This document shows, piece after piece, positions 16,236 to 26,724 of a stretch of DNA of 64,000 bases. The translations under genes and the position numbers were made by a program. Positions within the stretch are counted from its first letter, which is position 1. The number at the start of each line of letters is the position of its first letter. Under the pieces are notes generated by a model. The model saw only the letters and a list, made by a program, of their open reading frames with translations, searched no databases and was not told the origin of the DNA. Source of the DNA: Calditrichales bacterium (GTDB taxonomy: Bacteria; Calditrichota; Calditrichia; Calditrichales; J004). The stretch lies in contig OZ254086.1 of the NCBI GenBank assembly GCA_965267575.1, positions 2,848,001-2,912,000 on the forward strand. Reading direction: 5' to 3'.

Positions 16236-18635
16236 ATGAATATCAATATACCAACTGCCCTACGCACACCCCTGCTTTTTTTTAGCGCCTGGCTTATTGC
16301 CGGCTTAACGCTTATGCAGGCCCGCTATGTAAACATCGTTGTGCTGCAGGTGGCACTTCTTTCCTTTGCCGTCTCATGGCCACTGGCCAACCGCCTGCTT
16401 AAGGCCGCATCACTTAACTCGCAAATTAGCCTTATAGCCACGTTGATCCTGTATTTCAGCGCCTGGCAGTGGAACAATCTGTTAAGCGGCATAGGGCCGC
16501 AAAGCGCCTGGTTTTTTGTTCGTGAACTTGTCTATCAGCTGCTTCTTTTATTGCAAGTTTTCACTTTTGGATTGTTACTGATCCAGAACAACAGACAGCG
16601 CCAGACAATCCTGATTGTGTACGTTGTGCTGGCCCTGGCCGGTTATCTTTTTGTATACCAGCCGGATTCCTCCAGTGTTATGCGTTTCATATTTATACCA
16701 ATGCTGTTTCTCGTTTCACTGAATCAGACGCGCTGGGTGGAAGATCTGCATAAGCGCACATTGGGGCTGTTCTTTATAGCCTTCGGATTGCTTTTATATC
16801 TACTGGCCAATTCACCGCCACAGGCGCCCGCGTTTTACGACGGTGCATCATGGACCTGGCACACGATCCCCGGTTTTATGCGGCATTTGCTAATGGCCTA
16901 TTTGATTGCACTGATGATAAAGATACCCGCGGTGATCATTTACAACCACCTGACGCTTTCCCGCAAACTTTGGTTCTCCGGCCTGTTTCAATCCTTTATA
17001 CCGCAGATCGTTCAATTTATACTGCTTATGTTGCTTTTCTTCTTTTTTACTGCCGGCTGGCAGGCGCAAAATCTATCCGATGAAATAAAAAAGCAGTTGC
17101 AAAAAAGTAAAGCCGTAATGGCAGAGCCGGCCACGTTGCCTTTTGATGTTTCAACGGGAATCTGGGAATCGGAGAAAGGCGAATGGTTTTTATTTAGCCG
17201 TACTAACAACGACACTATTTTTGCCACTTTGCTGGATAGCACGCTGTTGAAGAAAATGTGGTTTGAAAAGCAGACACTCTTCGGAAACGGGCTGGTTGCT
17301 TACCCTATTGAACTGGATAGCTGGCAAAGCCTGCTTATGAAATATGATCTATGGCAGAGGACCAGGGATATCAGGTTTTATTCGCTTAACTTCTGGTATT
17401 CCGAAAAAGAAAACAAACGTTCTTACTTTGATAACGGCCGCGAGCAGGAAGATGACAGAAAGGTGTTTTTGCTCGATACGGGCCGGGAAAGCGGGTTTGT
17501 CTTTGGCAGGGTCTATATGCCGTTTGTATCTGCGAGTAAGCCCCAGGGGCTTATTGCCTTTGACATTGTATTGAATAAAAAAGAAATAGCACTCAGTGAC
17601 CCCATCGTAGGAATGGTCTCCCTGCTTATCCTCATTTTTCTCGCGATTAACTCTCTCGTGATACGCCAGGTGGTAGGGGCGGGCGACCGCATTAACAAAA
17701 CGATTATCCATAAATTCAGTCAGTTGCGCCAGGGTATTCGCGAAATTTCCGACGGCAATCTTCAATTCAAGGTTGATATGCAGGGTGAGGACGAGTTTTC
17801 CGAGCTGGCCCGGCGCTTTAACGCGATGGCCGGACGCCTGGAAAAAACGCTGCAGGAGGCGCGCGAAAAAGATCGCCTGAACCAGGAGTGGGTTATTGCG
17901 CGCGAAGTGCAACTGGATCTATTGCCGCGCCAGCTTCCGCATCCCAAAGGTTTTAAGGTTGTGGCTAACCTGCAAACTGCGCAGGAAGTGAGCGGCGACC
18001 TGTATGATATGATCCGCATGGACAACGGAAACTATCTGTTCACCGTGGGAGACGTATCCGGCAAGGGTGCTTCGGCCGCTTTTTACATGGCGCAGTTTAT
18101 TAGCCTGTTCCGTCTTTCGGCACGCTTTATGGATCAGCCGGATAAGGTGGCGCTGGCCATCAACTCCTACATCCGCAAGCACATTAACGACGCCCAGATA
18201 TTTATAACGGCGATTATCGGAACGCTGAATCCCGACACAGGCGAGTTACAGTGGGTGCGCTGCGGTCACAACGCGCCCGTTATCCTGAGCGGCGGAAAGC
18301 CCCGCGTGGCCGAAACCAAAGGCATCGGGCTGGGACTTACGGATTCCGAAGCGCTGTTTACAAAAAGTCTGGAGATATGCAGGCATACACTGGCAAAAAA
18401 TGAATCGTTGCTGCTTTTTACAGACGGGCTTACTGAAGCCACCCGCGTTGACGACGGCCAAAAAGCGCAATATGGTGATGAGCGGTTTCTGGAGCTGCTG
18501 CGCGAAAACCAGGATCTGCCCGCCGATGAGCTGATCAAAGAGCTTTCTCATGACCTTGATATCTTTTACGGCGGCCAGCCCCGCGTTGACGATGTTACGA
18601 TCATGATCATCCAGAAAAACGGTCCGGTAAATTAG
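16236..18635 (+). CDS. Membrane-bound HAMP + SpoIIE/RsbU (PP2C) protein phosphatase
   Basis: Multi-TM N-terminus; HAMP DEFSELARRFNAM; VSGDLYD, GDVSGKG, FTDGLTE, DDVT. Confidence 0.9.
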   Translation: MNINIPTALRTPLLFFSAWLIAGLTLMQARYVNIVVLQVALLSFAVSWPLANRLLKAASLNSQISLIATLILYFSAWQWNNLLSGIGPQSAWFFVRELVYQLLLLLQVFTFGLLLIQNNRQRQTILIVYVVLALAGYLFVYQPDSSSVMRFIFIPMLFLVSLNQTRWVEDLHKRTLGLFFIAFGLLLYLLANSPPQAPAFYDGASWTWHTIPGFMRHLLMAYLIALMIKIPAVIIYNHLTLSRKLWFSGLFQSFIPQIVQFILLMLLFFFFTAGWQAQNLSDEIKKQLQKSKAVMAEPATLPFDVSTGIWESEKGEWFLFSRTNNDTIFATLLDSTLLKKMWFEKQTLFGNGLVAYPIELDSWQSLLMKYDLWQRTRDIRFYSLNFWYSEKENKRSYFDNGREQEDDRKVFLLDTGRESGFVFGRVYMPFVSASKPQGLIAFDIVLNKKEIALSDPIVGMVSLLILIFLAINSLVIRQVVGAGDRINKTIIHKFSQLRQGIREISDGNLQFKVDMQGEDEFSELARRFNAMAGRLEKTLQEAREKDRLNQEWVIAREVQLDLLPRQLPHPKGFKVVANLQTAQEVSGDLYDMIRMDNGNYLFTVGDVSGKGASAAFYMAQFISLFRLSARFMDQPDKVALAINSYIRKHINDAQIFITAIIGTLNPDTGELQWVRCGHNAPVILSGGKPRVAETKGIGLGLTDSEALFTKSLEICRHTLAKNESLLLFTDGLTEATRVDDGQKAQYGDERFLELLRENQDLPADELIKELSHDLDIFYGGQPRVDDVTIMIIQKNGPVN

Positions 18636-18692
18636 TAGATAATTTCAATTCTCACTATATTTAAGTTTCATCTAATTACAACGGGTATCGTC

Positions 18693-20492
18693 ATGTCACG
18701 CCTTATTATCTTCTTTTTAGTTGTGATTGTTTTTGTTCAAAGCTGTCAGGAAAAGTCACAAAACCAGCCTCTGGGTTCAGATGTGGAGTGGGCCCGCGGC
18801 ATTGTCTGGTATCAGATATTTCCGGAGCGTTTTCGTAATGCAGTTGAAGCAAGCGACCCGGTGGCGGCGGAGGTGCCCGGAGCGGAAGCCCAGCCGGGGT
18901 GGAGGATACATCCCTGGGGAAGTGACTGGTTTAAGATACAGCCGTGGGAACGGGAAGAATCCGATTATTTTTATGATGTGGTCTATGACCGGCGTTATGG
19001 TGGTGACCTTATCGGCGTTACGCAGAAGTTGGATTATCTGCAGGATCTTGGTGTGGAAGGTATCTATTTCAATCCCGTTTTTGAAGCACCGAGCTTGCAT
19101 AAGTATGATGGCTCCACTTTTCATCATATTGATGATAATTTTGGCCCCGATGCCGCCGCCGACAAAGCCGCATTGGCGCGGGCAGCCGAAAGCGCCGATC
19201 CCGCGACATGGATTTGGACAACAGCGGATTCCGCTTTTCTGAAACTTATATCAGAGGCTCATAAAAGAGATATTCGCGTAGTCATTGATGGCGTTTTCAA
19301 TCACACGGGAACCGAGTTTTTTGCCTTTAAGGATGTAGTAAAAAACCAACAGCAATCACCATACGCAGACTGGTATGACATAAAATCGTGGGATGATCCC
19401 GCTACCGAAGAAAACGAATTTGATTACAGTGGGTGGTGGGGCTTTAAGGGGCTGCCGGAATTCCACGAAGACGAGAACGGCCCGGTTCCTGCGGTGCGCG
19501 ATTATATTTTTGCCGCCACAAGCCGCTGGATGGACCCCAACGGTGATGGCGATCCTTCTGATGGTATTGATGGGTGGCGGCTGGATGTTGCCGACGAAGT
19601 GGCCGAAGCATTCTGGCGCGACTGGTACCGTCACGTTAAATCCATAAATCCCCGGGCCCTGGTGGTTGCCGAAGTCTGGAATGATGCCTCGGAAGCCGTA
19701 AAAAACAGTCAATTTGATGGGGCTATGAACTATCCCTTTGCCTATGCGACTATGGAATTTTTTATTAATAGCGGCGATAAAAGTATCTCGGGCCCCGCAT
19801 ACTTGGGCAAACTGGATACATTATACAAAAACTACGGTCAAGCGTCGACGGCTCTTCTTTGGAACCTGATGGATTCTCACGATACCGACCGGCTCGCTTC
19901 GATGATCCTTAATCCCAATCTGAATTTTGACCGCATGCGCAGCCCCATTGACAACCCCGATTACATACTGCGCAAGCCAACCAGGGAAGAGCGCGCCACG
20001 CAGGAATTGATCGTTGCTTTTAAAATGGCCTGGATAGGCGCGCCGTTGATTTTTTACGGTACTGAAGCTGGCATTTGGGGACCGGATGATCCGGGAGACC
20101 GTAAGCCTATGGTTTGGCCGGATATCGAATTCGAGCAGGAATCTCATCATCCCATTGCAGGTAAAACGCGTCCGTCCGATCCCAACGGTTTCGATTCTTT
20201 GATTTTTGATTACTACAAAACCCTTATTCTGCTGCGCAAAAACAACAATGCCCTGCGCAAGGGAAATTTTGTACCTATGTATGAACAGAGCTCTGAAAAC
20301 GTTGCCGTTTTCCGTAGAGAAACAGAAACCGATACCGTATATGCTCTTTTTAATCGTGGCGCTGACGAAGTGGAAATCAATCTGCCGTCCGGTAGCCCGT
20401 TTACCGATTTGATGGATGTAAGCACATATGAATCTGATGGCGAAAAAGTCCGTATCTCCATGGAACCAATGTCCTTCAAATTACTGGAGTAA
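18693..20492 (+). CDS. GH13 alpha-amylase/neopullulanase-like lipoprotein
   Basis: Lipobox VQSC; YQIFPERF, DGVFNH, DGWRLDVA, AEVW, MDSHD catalytic regions. Confidence 0.92.
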   Translation: MSRLIIFFLVVIVFVQSCQEKSQNQPLGSDVEWARGIVWYQIFPERFRNAVEASDPVAAEVPGAEAQPGWRIHPWGSDWFKIQPWEREESDYFYDVVYDRRYGGDLIGVTQKLDYLQDLGVEGIYFNPVFEAPSLHKYDGSTFHHIDDNFGPDAAADKAALARAAESADPATWIWTTADSAFLKLISEAHKRDIRVVIDGVFNHTGTEFFAFKDVVKNQQQSPYADWYDIKSWDDPATEENEFDYSGWWGFKGLPEFHEDENGPVPAVRDYIFAATSRWMDPNGDGDPSDGIDGWRLDVADEVAEAFWRDWYRHVKSINPRALVVAEVWNDASEAVKNSQFDGAMNYPFAYATMEFFINSGDKSISGPAYLGKLDTLYKNYGQASTALLWNLMDSHDTDRLASMILNPNLNFDRMRSPIDNPDYILRKPTREERATQELIVAFKMAWIGAPLIFYGTEAGIWGPDDPGDRKPMVWPDIEFEQESHHPIAGKTRPSDPNGFDSLIFDYYKTLILLRKNNNALRKGNFVPMYEQSSENVAVFRRETETDTVYALFNRGADEVEINLPSGSPFTDLMDVSTYESDGEKVRISMEPMSFKLLE

Positions 20493-20498
20493 AAAGAA

Positions 20499-20741
20499 AT
20501 GGAACTGCTTGCATTGCTTTTTCTGGGCTTTCTGTTTTTTGTGGCGATCAAGTTATTCGCAGGTCTTTTACATGCCGGCGCTTTTTTAATTGCTCTACCT
20601 TTTAAAATAGTTTTTGCCATTTTGGGATTTGTTTTGGCGATTGTTTTTACGGGAGCAGGCCTGTTATCGGTTTTCCTGGTGCTTTTTGTCATATTTTCGC
20701 CGCTGATTCTGGTTTTTTTGTTGCTTTTCAGGCATAATTGA
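20499..20741 (+). CDS. Small hydrophobic membrane protein
   Basis: 80 aa, nearly all hydrophobic; starts 6 nt after the GH13 stop. Confidence 0.6.
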   Translation: MELLALLFLGFLFFVAIKLFAGLLHAGAFLIALPFKIVFAILGFVLAIVFTGAGLLSVFLVLFVIFSPLILVFLLLFRHN

Positions 20742-20825
20742 TAAAATAGTTTCGAATCGGATTGCCCCCTTTAGATGTCGTGGTTATATTTCCTATAACC
20801 TGTAATCTTTCCAAATGGAAATGCC

Positions 20826-22124
20826 ATGAAAACGAATCATTGTGTAGCTATTTTTGGTGGAGCGGTGGCAGGCTCTGAAGCCGCCAGTGTATTGGTAAAT
20901 CAAGGAATTAATGTTGTTGTTTTTGAACAGAATATTTTACCCTACGGCAAAATTGAAACGGGCCTTCCCAAATGGCATGTAAAACTACGTGACCGTCAGG
21001 AAGAAAAAATAGATGCCAAGTTGGATCATCCGCTCGTACAGTACGTGCCTTCATGTCGTTTAGGTGAGGATATCATTTTTGAAGATGTTTGCAAAAACTG
21101 GGGTTTTAGCGCAGTGCTTATCGCAACGGGAGCCTGGCAAGACAGGCCCTTGCCAGTTGAAGGTGTAGACGAGTTTGTGGGAAACGGTCTGGTTTATCAG
21201 AACCCATTTGTACAGTGGTTTAATCAGTGTCACGATCCGGGTTATTTCGGGGAGGTTTTTGACATTAAGGATAACGCAGTTGTCGTTGGGGGTGGACTGG
21301 CGTCTATCGACGTTGTAAAAATTTTAATGATCGAAACGTTCTGCAATGCTGTACGCAAAAAGGGCTTTGAAACGGATACCCTGACCGTTGAAAGACTGGG
21401 TCTGAAGACAGCCGCACAGCAGCTTGGCTTGTCTCTGGATGATTTAAATCTGAAAGGCTGTACTCTTTATTACCGGCGTCGCGTAATCGATATGCCGCTT
21501 TCACCGGTTGCCGGCCGGCCCACAGAGGAAGAGTGGCAGAAGATTTATCACGTGCGCAAAAAGATAATCAAACTGGCTCAGGACAAGTATTGTTTTCATA
21601 TGCGTGAATGCCATATGCCGGCCAGCTATAAATCGAAAAACGGTAAGCTTGAATCCATAGTTTTCCAGCGCACAAAGATTGAGGGCGGGCGTGTTATACC
21701 TTTGCCAGACGATTTTGTGGAAGTAAAATCGGACCTGTTTATCTCCTCAATCGGATCGGTTCCGCAAAAACTTCCCGGTGTGCCATATATGGGGGAACGT
21801 TTTGCTCTGGCAGATGAAGAAAGCGGACGTTTCGAAGGGTACGATCATGTATTTGCTTTGGGTAATGCCGTGACGGGAAAGGGCAATATCAAGGAATCTC
21901 AATATCATGCAAACAGTATTGCCAATGTGCTTGTAGAGCGTTACTTTAAGTCTGCTTTACATGAATCTGATGGAACTTTAGTGCCAGGAACATCTGTTTT
22001 TGCGGGCATCATGAACAAAGTGAAAGAGTTGCAGCTAAGAGCAGGCTATAATGGTAACTATTCTGAATGGGTTGCAAAACATCGCCCTGTTCGTTTGGAA
22101 AGCATGCTGGAAGCACACCAATAA
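20826..22124 (+). CDS. FAD/NAD(P)-dependent oxidoreductase (GltD/adrenodoxin reductase-like)
   Basis: VAIFGGAVAG, PYGKIE.GLP, LIATGA, VVVGGGLASID, YYRR, VFALGN. Confidence 0.8.
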   Translation: MKTNHCVAIFGGAVAGSEAASVLVNQGINVVVFEQNILPYGKIETGLPKWHVKLRDRQEEKIDAKLDHPLVQYVPSCRLGEDIIFEDVCKNWGFSAVLIATGAWQDRPLPVEGVDEFVGNGLVYQNPFVQWFNQCHDPGYFGEVFDIKDNAVVVGGGLASIDVVKILMIETFCNAVRKKGFETDTLTVERLGLKTAAQQLGLSLDDLNLKGCTLYYRRRVIDMPLSPVAGRPTEEEWQKIYHVRKKIIKLAQDKYCFHMRECHMPASYKSKNGKLESIVFQRTKIEGGRVIPLPDDFVEVKSDLFISSIGSVPQKLPGVPYMGERFALADEESGRFEGYDHVFALGNAVTGKGNIKESQYHANSIANVLVERYFKSALHESDGTLVPGTSVFAGIMNKVKELQLRAGYNGNYSEWVAKHRPVRLESMLEAHQ

Positions 22125-22139
22125 AAGTTAATAATATAT

Positions 22140-22472
22140 ATGACAAAGAAGAATTCTAAGCTTGTGTACTCAACGCATCCGGAAGAAAAGCGTCCCGACG
22201 AAGTCAAAAGTAGGAAATCCGGAAATGTGGTGAACCCTAACGACGTTACAGCGTATATAGAGAGAGACAGAAAAAAACGTGGCGGCAAAACCGTAACCGT
22301 GGTTACCGGAATTCCCGGGGAGCTTGATTCACTAAAACGAAATTTACAAAAACTTTGCAGTGCCGGTGGAAGCACAAAAGAAAAGTCTATCGAAATTCAG
22401 GGCGACCACCGGGACAAAATTGCCGGTTATTTAAAAGAGAAAGGTTTTTACGTAAAGTATAAAGGCGGATGA
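22140..22472 (+). CDS. yciH: Translation initiation factor SUI1/YciH
   Basis: LVYST, RGGKTVTVVTG, LCSAGGS.K...IEIQGDHRD. Confidence 0.92.
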   Translation: MTKKNSKLVYSTHPEEKRPDEVKSRKSGNVVNPNDVTAYIERDRKKRGGKTVTVVTGIPGELDSLKRNLQKLCSAGGSTKEKSIEIQGDHRDKIAGYLKEKGFYVKYKGG

Positions 22473-22474
22473 AG

Positions 22475-23140
22475 TTAACGCATCATGTTGTCTAGCCCGG
22501 AGTATTTCTCATCATAGTCATCCACGCTGCGTTTAATAACTTCATATGCTTCTTCCCGCCCGTATATATGTGTAATTTCGCACACATGTTTTTCCTGGCC
22601 GGGAATATCTTTATAAGTCAAAAAATAATGCTTCAAGCGTTCAATCAGCATAGAAGGAACATCGCCGATATCATTCCATTCCCCGTAAACAAGATCGCCT
22701 TTAAGGAAAGCGATAATTTTGTCATCGGCTTCACCGTTATCAATCATACGGAAGCCGCCGATTACAACGGCCGAGACAATTATATTGCTGTGTGTGATCG
22801 GGCGTTCGGTTAAAATGCAGATATCCAGTGGGTCTTTATCGCCCACAATGTCACTGCGTCCGGTTTTATCGTTGCAAAAAGCGGCAACGCGGCTACCACA
22901 ATAGGTTCTGGGAACGAGTCCGTAAAGCATAGGAGGCATCGAAGAAAATTTCTGGGGACGATCAACCTTGAGCAGACCAGATTCTTTATCAAGTTCATAC
23001 TTAACCGTATCCGTTGGAACCATTTCGATGTATGAGTTGACGACTTCAGGGCATTTCTCGCCGATTTCAACACCGTGCCAGGGATGAGCCCTGTAAAGAA
23101 GTGTCATTAGGTTCCAGATTTGTCCGCGTAAAGAATTCAT
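22475..23140 (-). CDS. ppa: Family I inorganic pyrophosphatase
   Basis: HPWHG, VKYELDK, YGLVPRT, GDKDPLD, DNGEADDK, YK. Confidence 0.93.
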   Translation of the reverse strand: MNSLRGQIWNLMTLLYRAHPWHGVEIGEKCPEVVNSYIEMVPTDTVKYELDKESGLLKVDRPQKFSSMPPMLYGLVPRTYCGSRVAAFCNDKTGRSDIVGDKDPLDICILTERPITHSNIIVSAVVIGGFRMIDNGEADDKIIAFLKGDLVYGEWNDIGDVPSMLIERLKHYFLTYKDIPGQEKHVCEITHIYGREEAYEVIKRSVDDYDEKYSGLDNMMR

Positions 23141-23345
23141 AAACTGCTCCGGTTTTTTGTTGCTGACTTAAGTTATTGATTTTTTTAGATTAATGGGTTA
23201 AGCAGTACTGTTGCACATCAACTAAATAAAGTTAAATTTGTAACCAATACAAATTTCGCGAATAAATATAGCAAAAAATAGTTGTTTCGAAGTAAAATCA
23301 CTAAAATTTACCACTTATTCACTATTCAAACGAGGGGGAATAGCT

Positions 23346-23873
23346 GTGAGTAAAGAGAAAAAATATCCGGGTATCAGCCGGATAGATTCAAAGCATACAC
23401 ACGGATGGTATGTGCGTGTTTATGCCAATGGTGGCGTTTTCGTGTCCAAGTTGTTCAGCGACCGTCTTTACGGTGGCAAGCAGCAGGCGCTCAACAATGC
23501 CATAAAGTTCCGCGATCATAATAAAATGGTTGCTGAGCTTCACAAACGCGAGGGGCGCAACCCCAACCGCAAGCCTTTTTATAAAAAGCCGCCAAAAAAC
23601 AATGCCAGCGGGCATGTTGGCGTCAATGAGGTGAAAACGAATATCCGGGGCCGTGAAGTACATTACTTCCAGGCGACCTGGAGTGAAGGCGGCAAGCCGA
23701 ATTCGCGCAAGTTTTACGTATCCAAAAAGCGCAAGCCGGAAGAAGCGCGTAAGCTTGCTGTTGACCTGCGCCGCAAAAAGGAAAAAGATTTGCTTAAGCA
23801 GTGGCAGGATGAGTTGAAAAAAGAAAAAGATCGTTTAAAGAAAGAACGAAAAGAGCTTGCCAAGAAAATGTAG
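23346..23873 (+). CDS. Basic protein with two AP2-like DNA-binding domains
   Basis: YPGISRID...GWYVRV...SKLFSDRLYGG..AL..AI.FRD and NASGHVGV...FQATW...SRKFYV...EARKLAV..R; GAGGGG SD before the GTG start. Confidence 0.75.
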   Translation: MSKEKKYPGISRIDSKHTHGWYVRVYANGGVFVSKLFSDRLYGGKQQALNNAIKFRDHNKMVAELHKREGRNPNRKPFYKKPPKNNASGHVGVNEVKTNIRGREVHYFQATWSEGGKPNSRKFYVSKKRKPEEARKLAVDLRRKKEKDLLKQWQDELKKEKDRLKKERKELAKKM

Positions 23874-23943
23874 GAATCTTTTAAAACACGGATGTTTTTC
23901 TTCTTTTTTCTAAATATTATACTATAAAAATTTTGAATATTTT

Positions 23944-24915
23944 ATGGATGCTCAACTCAAAGCACCTGTAGAGAAGGCGCTTCTTGATTGCCTTAACCTC
24001 GATGCATCTGAGTCTGTCTTAATAATTACTGATAACGTAACTGAAGAAATCGGCAAGGCTTTTTACTCGGTTGCTAATGGTTTATGCTCGTACGCCCATA
24101 TGGTTCTTATGCCCGAGGCGGAAGTAAACGGACAGGAACCATCGCCTGGTATTGCCAAAATGATGCTTCAGTATGATGTGGTTATCTGCGCTACGGCAAA
24201 GTCTATGACACACACGGATGCCAAGCGAAACGCCACCAAAAAAGGTGTGCGCGTAGCAACTTTACCCGGAATCACTAAAGATGTGTTTGTGCGGACAATG
24301 GCTGCAGATTATATTAAGGTCGCTCGTCGCACAGATCAGATTGCGGCATTACTGGAGTCTGCCAAAGCAGCTCGTATTAAAACACGCCTGGGTACCGACC
24401 TGCATTTGCCTATATCGGGCATGAGCGCAATCAGCTCAACCGGACTTATTCGAGAAAAAGGAAAAGGGGGGAACCTTCCTAGCGGAGAAGCTTTTCTTGC
24501 CCCTGAAGAAGGGAAATCCTTCGGCACGCTTGTAATAGACGCTTCCATTGCCGGGATAGGTCTCGTAAATGAACCCGTTCATATCGAAATACGGGATGGT
24601 TTTGCTGAAAGGTTCAGCGGAGGAGAGCAAGCGTTGCTTTTTGAGCAACAGCTTAAACGCTTTGGCAAACCTGGACTTAATGTGGCAGAACTTGGTATCG
24701 GGACAAATGACAAAGCCATTATAACAGGTAAAATTCTGGAAGATGAAAAGGTTTTCGGAACAGTACACGTTGCCTTTGGGAACAATATTTCCATGGGCGG
24801 TACCTGTAACGTCGGTATTCATGTTGATGCCGTTTTGACCGAACCTGATGTATGGATAGATGATCAAAAAATTATGGAACAAGGAAAATTATTGATAAAA
24901 GATGAAGGAGCCTGA
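23944..24915 (+). CDS. M29-like (aminopeptidase T/leucyl) aminopeptidase
   Basis: NLPSGEAF.AP, NVAELGIGTN, EDEKV.GT.HVAFG, H.D. Confidence 0.85.
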   Translation: MDAQLKAPVEKALLDCLNLDASESVLIITDNVTEEIGKAFYSVANGLCSYAHMVLMPEAEVNGQEPSPGIAKMMLQYDVVICATAKSMTHTDAKRNATKKGVRVATLPGITKDVFVRTMAADYIKVARRTDQIAALLESAKAARIKTRLGTDLHLPISGMSAISSTGLIREKGKGGNLPSGEAFLAPEEGKSFGTLVIDASIAGIGLVNEPVHIEIRDGFAERFSGGEQALLFEQQLKRFGKPGLNVAELGIGTNDKAIITGKILEDEKVFGTVHVAFGNNISMGGTCNVGIHVDAVLTEPDVWIDDQKIMEQGKLLIKDEGA

Positions 24916-26000
24916 TGGACGTTAGCGGCTATTTGGAATTATACCCCAAGGGTTTTGGATTCCTGCGGCATTTGGAGCACAACTTTAATCCCACCGGTAA
25001 TGATGTGTACGTACCGCAGTCCCTGATCCGCCAGTTTAACCTTGAAGAAGGTGCTTACCTTGTTGGACAGGCGGCCGAACCCGACAACAACAAGAATCCC
25101 TATCTCTATTTTATTCAAACCATTAACGATATGGAACCCCCGCAATACAAGCAGCGGATCAATTTTCGCGAGCAAGTGACCATTAATCCTGAAGAGCGGC
25201 TTAAAATGACGCTTAACGAAAAGGATACAATCGGACCGTGTCTCGATGCCCTTTGTCCTATGGGAAAAGGACAACGCGGTCTGATCGTCGCGCCACCGAA
25301 AACGGGTAAAACGACCATACTCAAGCATATCGCGCTGGCCATTAATACACATCATCCTGAGATGGAAGTGCTAATCCTGCTTGTTGATGAACGGCCGGAA
25401 GAGGTAACGGATTTCAGACGGTCCGTGCCTAAAGCGCACGTTCTGTCATCTTCCGCGGATGAAGATACCGAAAACCATATCCGTATGACGCGCCTCGTCA
25501 TGAACTCCGCAATCCGCAAGGCTGAGGCCGGGCACAATATTGTTGTTTTGATTGATTCTTTGACACGGATGGGGCGTGCTTATAACAAGAAATCTAACAA
25601 TAACGGGCGCACTCTGACCGGTGGCTTATCGGCTAATGCCCTGGAATTGCCACGCCGTTTCTTTGGTGCAGCGCGCAATCTGGAAGGCGGCGGATCGCTC
25701 AGTATTATTGCTACGATCCTGGTTAACACCGGCAGCAAAATGGATGAAATTATTTTTCAGGAATTTAAAGGCACGGGCAACCTGGATCTCGTCTTATCGC
25801 AAAGGTGCGCGGAACAGCGTGTTTGGCCGGCGATCAATATTCATGAATCCGGCACCCGCAAGGAACACCTCCTCTTAAATGAAGATGAGCTTAAGCAATC
25901 CATGAAGGTGCGCCAGATGCTGGGCAGCATGAATGAAGTGGAAGCTATGCGCTATATGCGGAAAATTATCAAGGATAAGGAGCTTATTTTTTCTGCTTAG
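24915..26000 (+). CDS. rho: Transcription termination factor Rho, short form lacking the N-terminal helical domain
   Basis: GFGFLR RNA-binding domain, [45 protein letters not shown]. Confidence 0.93.
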   Translation: MDVSGYLELYPKGFGFLRHLEHNFNPTGNDVYVPQSLIRQFNLEEGAYLVGQAAEPDNNKNPYLYFIQTINDMEPPQYKQRINFREQVTINPEERLKMTLNEKDTIGPCLDALCPMGKGQRGLIVAPPKTGKTTILKHIALAINTHHPEMEVLILLVDERPEEVTDFRRSVPKAHVLSSSADEDTENHIRMTRLVMNSAIRKAEAGHNIVVLIDSLTRMGRAYNKKSNNNGRTLTGGLSANALELPRRFFGAARNLEGGGSLSIIATILVNTGSKMDEIIFQEFKGTGNLDLVLSQRCAEQRVWPAINIHESGTRKEHLLLNEDELKQSMKVRQMLGSMNEVEAMRYMRKIIKDKELIFSA

Positions 26001-26718
26001 GTACTATTTTCTCTTTTTAGCCTTGCTGATGGTTTTTGCCGGATGCGGCCGGGAAAAAAAGATCGGGGATATTGACCGGCTTTTGGAACAGGATAAGCTG
26101 GTTGAAGCCCGCCGGCTTTTAAAAACCGAGCTGCAGTTCTTCTATGATGACAGCTTGTATGCTCGTCAATTAAAACACCGTTTAAGACATATTGACCGTA
26201 AGATGCTTTTTAGCATTTATGACAGCGTATTGTATACCAGGCAGGATACTGCCCAGGCTATCCGCGCGTTGAACAATGCGCGGAAGTCCATAAAAGCGAA
26301 AGACGCAGTTTCGCAGCGCTGGTACTGGTTTGATTATTATGAGCGAAAAGGCCGCCTGATGCAAAGTCTGGGAAGCGAGAACTGGGCGGATACGTTGGCC
26401 GGAATCGTTAATTATCCCGCTCCCGACCCGCGACAAAAAACGGACATAATGTTTCAGCTGGCGCGCTACTATGCCAGCAATCAGGAATTTGTAAAGGCGC
26501 GTGAATGGTTGGACAAAGCCATGCGAACGTTCGGGCCGGAACAGATAAAGGGCGTTTATGGCGACATCTATCTGCATTATATGGATGGCCGTTTTAGCAA
26601 GGCGGAATCACTTTTAAACAGACGTGGTGATGTTGCTTATCCCTGGTCTGAAGTGCGGCAGTTTCTGAACGCCCATGTAGATTCTCTGACTCTGGAAGAT
26701 CGTTTTAAACTTTGGTGA
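25933..26718 (+). CDS. TPR-like lipoprotein (true start probably downstream of 25933)
   Basis: Hydrophobic stretch with lipobox FAGC; helical TPR-like LARYY...AREWLDKA. Confidence 0.7.
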   Translation: MKWKLCAICGKLSRIRSLFFLLRYYFLFLALLMVFAGCGREKKIGDIDRLLEQDKLVEARRLLKTELQFFYDDSLYARQLKHRLRHIDRKMLFSIYDSVLYTRQDTAQAIRALNNARKSIKAKDAVSQRWYWFDYYERKGRLMQSLGSENWADTLAGIVNYPAPDPRQKTDIMFQLARYYASNQEFVKAREWLDKAMRTFGPEQIKGVYGDIYLHYMDGRFSKAESLLNRRGDVAYPWSEVRQFLNAHVDSLTLEDRFKLW

Positions 26719-26724
26719 GGTATT

